Origin: a virus
Reading direction: 5' to 3' (one strand)
Virus record (IMG/VR): IMGVR_UViG_3300025913_000021
Location: 85,261-149,260 of that record
DNA length: 64,000 nt
The notes beneath the pieces were generated by a model that was not told the DNA's origin, ran no database searches, and was given only the letters and a program-made list of their open reading frames with translations. Below, piece by piece: positions 54,333 to 63,221 of the stretch. Position numbers and translations under genes: made by a program. The first letter of the stretch is position 1; every line of letters starts with the position of its first letter.

Positions 54333-54724
54333 GTATTCACCGAGGCCGACTGGGAGATGTTCATCGCGCCGTAGACCAGCCGGTACGCCTCGGTCGGGTC
54401 GTCCGTCTTGATCACGAACACGTCGTAGAAGCCGCCCTTCTTGAAGCCAGCCGTGGTCAGCGCCGAGACCTTCACGTCGATCACGCCGATCAGTCCCTCG
54501 GGCTCCAGCGTCATCGAACCGTCGGTGCCCGTCACGTCCGAGGCGAGGTTGGCCATCAGTACACCCGCCCCGCCGCGCTTCGAGCGGATCTGCATGTGCG
54601 CACGCCAGCCGGTCAGTGGGATCGGCTGCGGCGTGGCCTGATCGTCGTTCCAGGTGATCCGCATCTTGTACGTCGCGCCCTGGATGACGGTGATGTCCTC
54701 GGAGACGGGCCCGGGCGTGGTCAT
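54329..54724 (-). CDS. BppU-like fibre adaptor
   Basis: IQGATY...PLTGW.A.MQIR...YDV...RLV.G. Confidence 0.65.
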   Translation of the reverse strand: MTTPGPVSEDITVIQGATYKMRITWNDDQATPQPIPLTGWRAHMQIRSKRGGAGVLMANLASDVTGTDGSMTLEPEGLIGVIDVKVSALTTAGFKKGGFYDVFVIKTDDPTEAYRLVYGAMNISQSASVNT

Positions 54725-54731
54725 GCCTTCT

Positions 54732-54760
54732 TCGTCGGCCGCTGAACCGTTCCGATTCAG
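54732..54760 (-). promoter_or_regulatory. sigma-28-type promoter, leaderless
   Basis: CTGAAT-N15-GCCGACGA, then 7 nt, then ATG. Confidence 0.65.
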
Positions 54761-55461
54761 AAGCCGACGCGCTCGTCGATGACGCCCAGCATCCCCGGGC
54801 TCATCACGTGCTTGGCCTTCACGTCGAGGTTGATGGCCATCTGGAGCCCGCGCTCCCACGCGTTCTTGGCCCAGCCGATGTCCTCGCCCTGCCGGTGCAC
54901 GGCGTAATCGACGCCCCGGACCATCTCCGGTGACATGAGGACGGCCCCGAACACCGCATACGCCCTATGGACGCCCGTCCAAATCTGGCTCAGCCTCCAG
55001 CGGTTGCCGGTGAGATCGAAGGCGTTCGGGCACTGACCGGTCGGCGTCATGTGCGTCAGCGGGGCGACCGCCTGGTAATGGACGCCGAGCGTGTCCACAA
55101 GGTTCTCCACGGCTGTGGACGGCAGCAGGATGTCCGTGTCGAGGCTCAGGTAGAGGCACGGCGGCTGCTCGCGCACGAACTCCAGCAGCCGATTGCGCAG
55201 CCGGACCATCGTGGCGTAGCGGTCCTCGTTCCAGCGCCGGTCGGGCCGGTGGTCATCTGACTCATCGGTCAGAACCGATACCCGGCCGAATCCGTGCTCG
55301 GCCTGTGCACCCTGGATGATCTCCAAGGTGTCGTCCGTGGAGTGGCCGTAGTTCAGCACGACGTGCAGCCGCTGCGGCTCGATCGTCTGCTTGCCTAGGT
55401 GCTCGAACCAGTCTCTGAGGATCCACCCGCGCTGGTGGACCGGTGCCCCAACGACGATCAT
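54757..55461 (-). CDS. GT-A glycosyltransferase
   Basis: STDDT, LRNRLL, LSLDTD, GEDIGW. Confidence 0.82.
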   Translation of the reverse strand: MIVVGAPVHQRGWILRDWFEHLGKQTIEPQRLHVVLNYGHSTDDTLEIIQGAQAEHGFGRVSVLTDESDDHRPDRRWNEDRYATMVRLRNRLLEFVREQPPCLYLSLDTDILLPSTAVENLVDTLGVHYQAVAPLTHMTPTGQCPNAFDLTGNRWRLSQIWTGVHRAYAVFGAVLMSPEMVRGVDYAVHRQGEDIGWAKNAWERGLQMAINLDVKAKHVMSPGMLGVIDERVGF

Positions 55462-56162
55462 GACAGCCCTGCGTACCTCTCCAGTCTCGGCTGCTGGATG
55501 ATCGAGGCGATGTGCCGGTCGTTGTGGCCGTGCCCGCCGAGCCGCTCGCTGTAGAGCGCGTGCTTGCGCTGCCGATCGGCGATGCGCAGGTACCCCCAGT
55601 GCAGCAGGTGCGCCTCGTTCTGCGGGAACCAGTCGCCGCGATGGACCGCCGCCTGGACGTAGGTGGGCTCGGAGCCGCAGGCCATCTCCTTGTCGGCGAT
55701 GCGCGCACCCTCCTGCCAGCGGAACAGACGCGTGGCCGAAGTGCCGAACCAGAAGCCATCGGTGCGGTACTGGTCGGGGCTCCAGAACTCGTAGAGCGGC
55801 AGTCCGATCGCCACGTCGTTCGGTCGGACCCGCTCGGTCGCCCGGACCAGCTTCTCGGCGTCGTTGATCGTCTCGTCGGCGTCCAGGCTGAGCACCCAGT
55901 CACCCGGCTCGACCCACTGCGCCACGTAGTTGAGGTGCCGCTGCCGCGCCTGGCCCTCGTTCTTCCAGAACAACGGCTCGTCGGTGCGCTGCACGCGCCG
56001 GGTCCAGCGCTTGCAGATCTCCACCGTGTCGTCGTCGCTGGCGTCGTCGGTGACGATGATCGACCCGCCCGCGAGGTTCTGGATCTGCCACGCGGTGCGC
56101 AGCGCGTTCTCCAGGTAACGGCCGGACTCGTTACGCACCATCATGATCGTATGGATGGTCAT
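55458..56162 (-). CDS. GT2-family glycosyltransferase
   Basis: VRNE, DDASDDDT, WVLSLDADE, RLFR, LLHWGY. Confidence 0.88.
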   Translation of the reverse strand: MTIHTIMMVRNESGRYLENALRTAWQIQNLAGGSIIVTDDASDDDTVEICKRWTRRVQRTDEPLFWKNEGQARQRHLNYVAQWVEPGDWVLSLDADETINDAEKLVRATERVRPNDVAIGLPLYEFWSPDQYRTDGFWFGTSATRLFRWQEGARIADKEMACGSEPTYVQAAVHRGDWFPQNEAHLLHWGYLRIADRQRKHALYSERLGGHGHNDRHIASIIQQPRLERYAGLS

Positions 56163-56776
56163 CGCTTCGCCCTTGCTACGAAGATCCCGTTGTGATTCCG
56201 GAACATGCGGTAGCGACGGAAGTCGCGCACCCGCTCCTCCTCCAGGAAGAACCCGGCCTCCATCAGTCGATGGCCCCACCACTGCCGCGACTTGATCGTC
56301 ACGTGCGTCGGGTCGGACTCCCAGCCCGGCACGCTGTCCAGGCAGATGCTCAACAGCAGCGTGCCTCCTGGCCGAGCCATCGCCAGGCGCAGGTTCTCCA
56401 GCGCCACGCCGACGTGCTCCTCCGGGATGTGCTCCATCGTCTCGAAGCACGTCACCAACTGGAACACGAGCCCCGGCTTGCCGACCATGCTGTTCGGCAC
56501 GGTGAGGTCGATGAAGTTCACGAAGGGCTTGATGATGCTCGGCGCGAGCCCGAGCGCGTAGTCCGAGTAGTCGAGTCCGAAGGTCTCCACGCCGCGTCGC
56601 CGCATGTGGTGCACGAGGTAGCCCGCTGCGCAGCCCACGTCGAGCATCCGCGCTGGTTGCAGCTCCTCGACCAGGATGTGCGCCAAGTCCTCCCAGATCG
56701 GCGAGTCGCGGTAGCCTGCCCCACCGTCGAGCGACTCCCAGTAGTCCTCGCCGTAGTCGAGATCCTCGGTCCTCAC
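56159..56776 (-). CDS. class I SAM-dependent methyltransferase
   Basis: MLDVGCAAG, GLDYS, CFETMEHI, DPTHV. Confidence 0.88.
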   Translation of the reverse strand: MRTEDLDYGEDYWESLDGGAGYRDSPIWEDLAHILVEELQPARMLDVGCAAGYLVHHMRRRGVETFGLDYSDYALGLAPSIIKPFVNFIDLTVPNSMVGKPGLVFQLVTCFETMEHIPEEHVGVALENLRLAMARPGGTLLLSICLDSVPGWESDPTHVTIKSRQWWGHRLMEAGFFLEEERVRDFRRYRMFRNHNGIFVARAKR

Positions 56777-57591
56777 TCGACCTCCCCGGCCATGTCGATG
56801 CCGCACATGATGCAGGCCCTGGCGAACTGCGCCTGCGGTACGAGGAAGGACTGCGAGCCCGGCTTCGAGCTGCGATGCCACTCGTGGATCATGGCGACGC
56901 TGCCCATGTAGACGACGCGCCACCCGTGCTGGCGCGCGTGGTAGGAGCAGAACGTCTCCTCGAAGAAGTGCTTGGTCGGCAGGAACGCACCGGTCGCTTC
57001 GACCTCGCACGCGGCCTTCGCAGCGCGCTGGTAGTCAGCGCACTCGGTCAGCTCCAGCCACATCTTCGTGCGCACGAAGTACGTCGCGCCGGAGACGGTG
57101 TTGACCTCCAGGGCGTCCTTGTACTGACCGAGGTCCGGCTCCATCCAGCCGCGATGGTGGTTCCTCGGCTCGGCGTCCGTGGTGACGATTCCGGCGTGCG
57201 TCAGTTTCCCGTTGCTGGTCCGCGTCCTGGGACCGATCACGCCGATGTCGGGGAACGTCTCGAAGGCGTCGATGATCTGTTGGATCTTCTCGCCCTCGAT
57301 GAACTGCACGTCGCAGTTGAGGATCGCCGCGTACGGCGCGGGGTGCGCCCAGAAGCTCATGCCCTGGTTCACCGCACGGGCGTAGCCCACGTTCTCGGTG
57401 TTGGTGATGATGTGCGCGTCGTCCGGGATGTTCTTGCGGATCGCGTCGAGCGTCGCCATGCCGGGCGAGTAGTTCTCGATGACCAGGAGCCGGTAGGGCA
57501 CGTCCAGATGCGCCAGGCTCCGGAGGAACGCAGCCGTCTCCTCCGGAGCCTCGTACGCGACCGCCACCAGATCCAGCAGCGGCGCGCCCAC
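56773..57591 (-). CDS. GT2-family glycosyltransferase
   Basis: IENYS, NVGYARAVNQG, ILNCDV, VSGA, FFEETF. Confidence 0.88.
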   Translation of the reverse strand: MGAPLLDLVAVAYEAPEETAAFLRSLAHLDVPYRLLVIENYSPGMATLDAIRKNIPDDAHIITNTENVGYARAVNQGMSFWAHPAPYAAILNCDVQFIEGEKIQQIIDAFETFPDIGVIGPRTRTSNGKLTHAGIVTTDAEPRNHHRGWMEPDLGQYKDALEVNTVSGATYFVRTKMWLELTECADYQRAAKAACEVEATGAFLPTKHFFEETFCSYHARQHGWRVVYMGSVAMIHEWHRSSKPGSQSFLVPQAQFARACIMCGIDMAGEVE

Positions 57592-58203
57592 CTACGACGC
57601 CGCTTGGGTGTGCGAGGTCGCCTTGATCGCCGAGCGCGCACTGCGCGCCGGGTTGCCACCGCCGACCGGCTCACCGCTGCCGATCGAGTCGATCTGCTTC
57701 TGGATCTCGGGGTCCTTGTGCGTGACCCGCTTGCCGATGTTGCTGAACTTCTCGTGGCGGCGCTCCAGCTCGCGGTAGCGCTTGAGCGAGAGGTTCGAGT
57801 TCTCGGCCAGTTCGAGCATCCGACCGAGCGTGGCCGGGGAGTCGATCACGGCCATGTACTCGTCCCAGGCCACGTCCGAGGCCGTGAACAGCCGGTTGAT
57901 GTCGGCGTCGCTCATGGCGTTCGGGTTGGACTCGATGTTCACCCCCTCCGGCACGGTGATCGGCCGGAAGGTGCCGTTCTTGAAGGGGTTGTTGCGCGGA
58001 TCGAGGCACCGCTCCTCGGTGATCATCCGCTCGTACGTGGAGAGCCGGAAGGTGCGTCGCCCGGTGATCTGGACGTGCACCTCGTCCCCGCGCCGGTTCT
58101 CCTGGATGACGTACGTCGTCCCCGCGCCGACGTTCTCCCACGTCTCGATGAAGGTCTTTTCCTCGGCGGTGATGGAACCGTGCAGCTCCAGTGGACTAAC
58201 CAT
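57592..58203 (-). CDS. hypothetical (virion-associated?) protein
   Basis: GGGAGAGAG SD; preceded by a sigma-28-type promoter. Confidence 0.65.
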   Translation of the reverse strand: MVSPLELHGSITAEEKTFIETWENVGAGTTYVIQENRRGDEVHVQITGRRTFRLSTYERMITEERCLDPRNNPFKNGTFRPITVPEGVNIESNPNAMSDADINRLFTASDVAWDEYMAVIDSPATLGRMLELAENSNLSLKRYRELERRHEKFSNIGKRVTHKDPEIQKQIDSIGSGEPVGGGNPARSARSAIKATSHTQAAS

Positions 58204-58247
58204 GCTTCTCTCTCCCAGGTCCATGAGCGCGGTCGAGGCGCTTCGGC

Positions 58248-58276
58248 TGTTCGGACTATAGACGTTCGTTCGTTAG
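58248..58276 (-). promoter_or_regulatory. sigma-28-type promoter of the glycosyltransferase operon
   Basis: CTAACG-N15-TCCGAACA. Confidence 0.55.
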
Positions 58277-58593
58277 GTGCGGAACCTATGCAGCAAGCCG
58301 CCTGAGCCGCTGGACGGGTCCACGGGACGATCTTCCCCATCGAGACGACCGTCGAGCCGCCGCCTATGCAGCAGCTCCTCCAGGCACTCACTGGTGCAGG
58401 TCACCACGAACGGAGTGCCTTGCTCCTCGGCCGCTTCGCGAGCGCCGGGCGGGTAGAACACGAAGTCCCCGCAGGCGTTGGCGCACCAATCGACATCCCA
58501 GTCATCGGGCACGCCAACGCGCTTGCGGGACTCCTCGATCGCCTCATCGCTGACACCGAACAGCTTCGCCACGATGGTGAACATACGGCTCAC
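58273..58593 (-). CDS. Cys-containing hypothetical protein
   Basis: CANAC...CTSEC; coupled. Confidence 0.55.
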   Translation of the reverse strand: MSRMFTIVAKLFGVSDEAIEESRKRVGVPDDWDVDWCANACGDFVFYPPGAREAAEEQGTPFVVTCTSECLEELLHRRRLDGRLDGEDRPVDPSSGSGGLLHRFRT

Positions 58594-58835
58594 CAGTTGG
58601 ACAGGTCCAGCTCACGCATCGACTCGACGGCATCGCGTAGCTCGCCCTGGTGATGCAAGCCCACGTGAAGGAGGGCTCGCATCACCAGGCGCGGCTCAGT
58701 CCCCAGCCGCGCGGCAAGATCTCCGACGACCTGCGTCCCCAGCAACGAGAGCCGAGGGGTCATCACGAGGATCTTGCCGTCATGCTCGTGAGCAGGGCCG
58801 GGCACGATCGGGAGGCGGGTCACGGTAGAAGTCAT
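58590..58835 (-). CDS. hypothetical protein
   Basis: Coupled ORF. Confidence 0.5.
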   Translation of the reverse strand: MTSTVTRLPIVPGPAHEHDGKILVMTPRLSLLGTQVVGDLAARLGTEPRLVMRALLHVGLHHQGELRDAVESMRELDLSNW

Positions 58836-58838
58836 GAC

Positions 58839-59486
58839 TCATCCGACCTTGATCGGAGGCAGCTCGATGCCACCCACGCGGATCGGAGGAACGTCGATGA
58901 TCGGCGTGTGCGACGGCTTCGGAGTCGGGCTCGGCGTCGGCGTCGGCGTCGGAGTGGGCGTCGGATTTGGACGCCCGGCCGAACCGCTGGACGACGGATT
59001 CGAGACCGGAGGCCGCGAGGGACCGCCTGCCGCGCGGCCACCCGAAGTCGGAGCCCCAGAGGTGAACCCCGGGAAGGTCGTGACCGTGGGTATGGCTGGC
59101 AGGGCCGGGATCGACTTCGGGTTCACGCCGAGCTTGATGAGCTTGCGCCGAAGCTGGTTGATCAGCTTGAGCTGGGCCCGGCTCTCCTGCTGCTCCTGGA
59201 GAAGGAGGCCCTGCTCGACGCGGAGCTGGTCGCTGAACGTCTTGATGGTCTCGCGGTCGGCGGCACGCTGGTCACGCAGCTCCTGCCGAGCGTGATCGTT
59301 CTGCGCGTTGAACCACAGCACGACGAGCACGAGGGCCACGGCGAAGATCGCGATGATGGCCAGCTCGCGCCGAGTGATGCGGTGCATCGCAGCGCGGAGG
59401 TGGAGCCGAGAGACGCGCGAGGCGACGACCGCGCTGGCCTCCAGGCGCTTCTGCTCGACCTGTCGGTCGAGGACGGTGCGGGTCAC
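58839..59486 (-). CDS. bitopic membrane protein with coiled coil and Pro/Thr tail
   Basis: TM segment LAIIAIFAVALVLVVLWF; heptads; (PT)n repeat. Confidence 0.7.
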   Translation of the reverse strand: MTRTVLDRQVEQKRLEASAVVASRVSRLHLRAAMHRITRRELAIIAIFAVALVLVVLWFNAQNDHARQELRDQRAADRETIKTFSDQLRVEQGLLLQEQQESRAQLKLINQLRRKLIKLGVNPKSIPALPAIPTVTTFPGFTSGAPTSGGRAAGGPSRPPVSNPSSSGSAGRPNPTPTPTPTPTPSPTPKPSHTPIIDVPPIRVGGIELPPIKVG

Positions 59487-59703
59487 GGGAACTCCCCATT
59501 CCGGTGGGTGAGATGGATGGCTTTCAGTTCCCGTTCCAGCTACCGAGAGTGACCGCGCGCCTGCTTCCTGGCGGCTTGTACCTGGCAGTCATACCAGTTT
59601 CCCTTACCTCGAACTAACAGCCGTAGGGCCAAAAGCCACCTTCTCAACGACTTTCTCCTGATCTGTGACAGACCGAACAGCCGATCATGTGTACCCAAAC
59701 GGA

Positions 59704-59735
59704 AGCGGCCCCCCACCCGAAGGTGAGGGGCCGCT
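59704..59735 (-). terminator. hairpin after major capsid gene
   Basis: AGCGGCCCC..CACC-CGAA-GGTG.GGGGCCGCT. Confidence 0.65.
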
Positions 59736-59758
59736 CCGACTGAGCCGTCCCGGGCAGC

Positions 59759-60697
59759 TTACGCCGCCTGGTTGCTGTCCACGATCCGGCGCGCACGCTC
59801 GGGGTGGTACACCAGCAGGCCGCTGTCGCGGCGAGCGATGTAGTGCCAGTACCAGTTGTCCAGGTCCTCGAACTCCTTGGACTTGAGCCCGCCGAAGAAT
59901 GCGAACTTGCCCGTGTCGCGGGCCATGATCCACATCTCGTTGCCGGGGAGGTACGGCAAGCCGTCCTCGTCCTTGTAGTTGCGGAGCCGGACGATGGTCG
60001 CGCCCCGGTACGTGCCCAGGACGCCCTTCTGGCGGATCTCCTCCAGGGTCTCGACGCCGTAGCCCTCGAAGTCCACGATCTGGTCCACCATCGTGGGGCG
60101 ACCCACGATGACGACCTCGCCCGTGCGAGAAGCGTCGGAGACCGCGCGGATCGCGTTGTCCACCGCTGCCTTGGACAGGCCCGGCGCGGTCACCTCGTAC
60201 GGGGAACCCGTCGGGATGGCCTCGGACAGCACGGTGTGGATGCGGCGATTGATCTCCGCGTCCATCCGCTGGATGGCGAGATCACGGAGGGTCGAGGCCG
60301 ACTCCGTGAAGTTGTTCTGGAACTTGTCCTCGAAGTCCGAGACGTGGACACCGATCATGTCGCGAGGGATCTCGGACACCTCGGCGCTCATCTGGCTGGC
60401 CTCGATGTAACCACCGCGAGCCATCCAGAACGCCTTGAGACCGGTCGCCTCACGGATGAAGATGCGACCGTTGAAGTCGGTCGTCTCCGTCTCGATCCAG
60501 CGATCGACCAGCGTCTCGTACTCGAAGCCGAGGAGGATGGATTCCGTCAGCTCCGCAGCGAACTCCGCGCGCCACTGCGGGTTGCTCCAGTGCTGCTTCG
60601 CCTCCTCGTTCGCCCGCTCGGTGATCTCGCGCTTCGCGCGCTTGTCCTCGGCAGTGCGCCCGAAGGCGTCCACCATCTTCTTGGTGATGTCAGACAT
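59759..60697 (-). CDS. major capsid protein
   Basis: 312 aa; follows protease, scaffold and decoration genes; LGTYRGATIV motif; followed by a terminator. Confidence 0.8.
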   Translation of the reverse strand: MSDITKKMVDAFGRTAEDKRAKREITERANEEAKQHWSNPQWRAEFAAELTESILLGFEYETLVDRWIETETTDFNGRIFIREATGLKAFWMARGGYIEASQMSAEVSEIPRDMIGVHVSDFEDKFQNNFTESASTLRDLAIQRMDAEINRRIHTVLSEAIPTGSPYEVTAPGLSKAAVDNAIRAVSDASRTGEVVIVGRPTMVDQIVDFEGYGVETLEEIRQKGVLGTYRGATIVRLRNYKDEDGLPYLPGNEMWIMARDTGKFAFFGGLKSKEFEDLDNWYWHYIARRDSGLLVYHPERARRIVDSNQAA

Positions 60698-60715
60698 TGG
60701 CTAATCCACCCCCTC

Positions 60716-61267
60716 TCAGAAGGTGAAGCGGGCTTCGCAGAGCCCGGTGACGTTGTTGACGAACTCCACCTGGAGCCAGCCGTTGGAGGCGTTGCCCTCG
60801 ACCCAGAGGCCGTTGGCACCGGGAGTCAGGTAGTCGCCGACCGCGATGCTCGGGGTAGCGCCCCCGAGGCCGGTGACCATGCTGACGCCCGCCTGGACGC
60901 GGCCGTCGTACAACGGCTTGTCCTGCGTGTTCCGGAACCAGACCTTGACGCCCGGTCCGTGGACCATCTGCGCCATGCGACCCAGCGGAGCCACCTGGAA
61001 GGGCGGGTCGTACTGGGTGGTGAGGAACGGGTCCACACCCTGGAACTGGATGTGCTCGTACACGACGATCCCCGAAAGGGCGGTCGGCGCGGCAGAGCTG
61101 GACGGCCGGACGAGCTGGCCGGGGTTGCTCGGGTCCACCGCGACGGCGGTGCCGATGCGGAAACCGCTGGCATCCGCGCCGGACAGACCGCTCGCCGGGA
61201 CCTTGTTGCGGCCGTCCCGGATGATGCCGGTGAAGTCGCGGAACCCGAAGTTACGGGTGTAGCTCAT
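60716..61267 (-). CDS. capsid decoration/cement protein
   Basis: Between scaffold and MCP; IGTAV.VD and AVGDYLTPG beta-tulip-like motifs. Confidence 0.65.
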   Translation of the reverse strand: MSYTRNFGFRDFTGIIRDGRNKVPASGLSGADASGFRIGTAVAVDPSNPGQLVRPSSSAAPTALSGIVVYEHIQFQGVDPFLTTQYDPPFQVAPLGRMAQMVHGPGVKVWFRNTQDKPLYDGRVQAGVSMVTGLGGATPSIAVGDYLTPGANGLWVEGNASNGWLQVEFVNNVTGLCEARFTF

Positions 61268-61285
61268 GTCTCGTGCCTCCTTTCC

Positions 61286-62377
61286 CTACTCGGCGGGACC
61301 GAGCCCGAGCGCGGCGCGGCGAGCCGAAGGCTGCTGACCGGTCTGGCTGTCCCGGGTACCCGTGACGGCGGATGCCGTCTCGGTGGTCGTGACGGTGGAG
61401 GTGCCGCCCTTGGCGACCTTCCACTCGTCGAGGCGTTCCGCCCAAGCGGCCTCGTCGGCCTCGGCCCACTTGCTGGCCCGCTCGGTGATGAACTCCTCGG
61501 TGAACAGGCCCAGGTTCCGAACCTGCGTCGCGCGAGCGCTGGCGAGTTCCGCCTTGGCGGCGGCAGCGGCCTTCTCCTCGGCCTCGGCCTTGAGAGCGGT
61601 CGCCTCGTCCTGCGCAGCCTTGAGAGCCACCTGCGCGGTGTCGAGTTCGCCGTTGATGCGCTCGTTCTCCTTGCTCGCCGCTTCGAGCGCGCTCGACTTC
61701 TCGGTGAGCTGCTCGGTGAGGGTCGCGACCTGCTTGGCCAGATCGTCGCGCTCGGTGGTCAGAGATGCGGTCGCGTCACTGACGGCCTTGGCGAGGAGGG
61801 CCTCGTGGGTCTCCGTGGAGATGGACTTCACGTCGTCGGTTTCCATGTGCTTGGTTCCTCCTCTCGCTGCTGCGTCAGGGCGGTTGCCGGTCGCGTCCCG
61901 CTTCCCAGGAGTGACATCGGAGCCACTCGCGGGTGAATCAACTTCCGCCTTCTCGGACGACTTCTTGGCGGCAGGCTTGGCAGCCGGGGCGTTGGCCTCG
62001 GCAGCCTTCTTTTCCGCCTCGACGCCGAACTTCTTGAGTGCGGCGGCGATCTTCGTTCGGATGGTCGAGAGCTGATCCGCCGAGTAGTTGGCGGCGTTCG
62101 CCTCTTGGTGGATGTAGGACCACGCAGCTCGTGCGTGGGCCTCGGTGTCGATGGGGTAGCGCTTCTTCCCGTCCTTCTGGTAGCCGGGGTCCGCGTACTG
62201 CACATCGCCGTACGGCTTCTTGGCATCGGCGAGTTCGAGGCGGTCGTAACCGGAGGGGATCCCGTCGCCCGTCATTGCCCAGTCCGCACAGAAGGGACAC
62301 ACGTCAGAGTCGTGCCGGGCATCTTCCGGAGCCCGAAGAAGGAGCGCGTCATGGATATCCAGCGCGGTCTCCAACAT
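61286..62377 (-). CDS. capsid scaffold protein with N-terminal DUF6582-like domain
   Basis: KRYPIDTEAHARAAWSYI...KFGV, then a long coiled coil; GGAGG before ATG at 62377; second SD and ATG at 61846. Confidence 0.7.
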   Translation of the reverse strand: MLETALDIHDALLLRAPEDARHDSDVCPFCADWAMTGDGIPSGYDRLELADAKKPYGDVQYADPGYQKDGKKRYPIDTEAHARAAWSYIHQEANAANYSADQLSTIRTKIAAALKKFGVEAEKKAAEANAPAAKPAAKKSSEKAEVDSPASGSDVTPGKRDATGNRPDAAARGGTKHMETDDVKSISTETHEALLAKAVSDATASLTTERDDLAKQVATLTEQLTEKSSALEAASKENERINGELDTAQVALKAAQDEATALKAEAEEKAAAAAKAELASARATQVRNLGLFTEEFITERASKWAEADEAAWAERLDEWKVAKGGTSTVTTTETASAVTGTRDSQTGQQPSARRAALGLGPAE

Positions 62378-62396
62378 GAGTACCTCCACGCTTATT

Positions 62397-62425
62397 CGCT
62401 CGGAACCGACGTACGTCCGTTTGAA
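62397..62425 (-). promoter_or_regulatory. sigma-28-type promoter
   Basis: TTCAAA-N15-TCCGAGCG. Confidence 0.6.
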
Positions 62426-63214
62426 CTAACGGCGTCCGAGGGTCACCACAGCGGCCATCAGGTGCTCCCATTCGCGGGCCGAGATGTCGCCGACCGACGC
62501 GGCCTGGCGGAAGGCGTCCTCGGTCATCTCGGCGTAGCGAGCGGCTTCCTCGCGCACCGCGTCCTCGAACACGTGCGCGCTCGCGCCCTGCCAGCCGGGC
62601 CGGGTCGGCGGGATGATCAGCGCGCCGCCACGGAAGATCGGGTTGACGATGTGCCGGATGCTGGAGCGCTCCATCAGGTGCGCGCAGTGCGTCTCGGTGG
62701 CCATGTACTCGAAGGTCTGGTCGCAGCCGTTCGGGCCCGCGCAGTGCAGGTGCGAGCCCCGACACTCCATCGAGTAGAACAACTGGCCCGCCTCGTCGGC
62801 CTGATCGACCAGCGCGGCCTCGAACGGGAACACGTGGCTCCACATCCCGGCCAGCGCCTCGATCTTCGCCGTGCCCTGCGCCGCCGCACCGTCGGAGTGG
62901 GTCAGCGGGATCGTCTGGGTCGAGGAGAAGAAACCGACGGGCGTCTGTTGCTTGTGCAGCATGTTCAGCGGGCTGTACTTGATGCTGTACTCGCCGATCG
63001 CGAGGTCGTCCTTCGTCCAGAACTGCGTGTTCGAGTTCGGGTTGTCGGCCTCCACGAAGTCGCCGACGATCCACTTGATGAAGGGGTTGGCCTTCTCGAC
63101 GGCGAAGTTGCTGGCAGCGGCCAAGTCCTCGCTGACCTCGACGCCCTGGCGCACCACGCGGGCGGCGTTGGTGAACATGAGCCGCCCACCGGTCTCGATC
63201 ACGAGCGTGTCCAT
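62426..63214 (-). CDS. prohead (capsid maturation) protease
   Basis: PNSN..F, PLNMLH, YSMEC, F.GGALI..P. Confidence 0.7.
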   Translation of the reverse strand: MDTLVIETGGRLMFTNAARVVRQGVEVSEDLAAASNFAVEKANPFIKWIVGDFVEADNPNSNTQFWTKDDLAIGEYSIKYSPLNMLHKQQTPVGFFSSTQTIPLTHSDGAAAQGTAKIEALAGMWSHVFPFEAALVDQADEAGQLFYSMECRGSHLHCAGPNGCDQTFEYMATETHCAHLMERSSIRHIVNPIFRGGALIIPPTRPGWQGASAHVFEDAVREEAARYAEMTEDAFRQAASVGDISAREWEHLMAAVVTLGRR

Positions 63215-63221
63215 ACGTGCT

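Noticed and set aside
58920-58965. (CGGCGT)n tandem repeat
   Set aside because: It encodes a Pro-Thr linker and is not an independent element.
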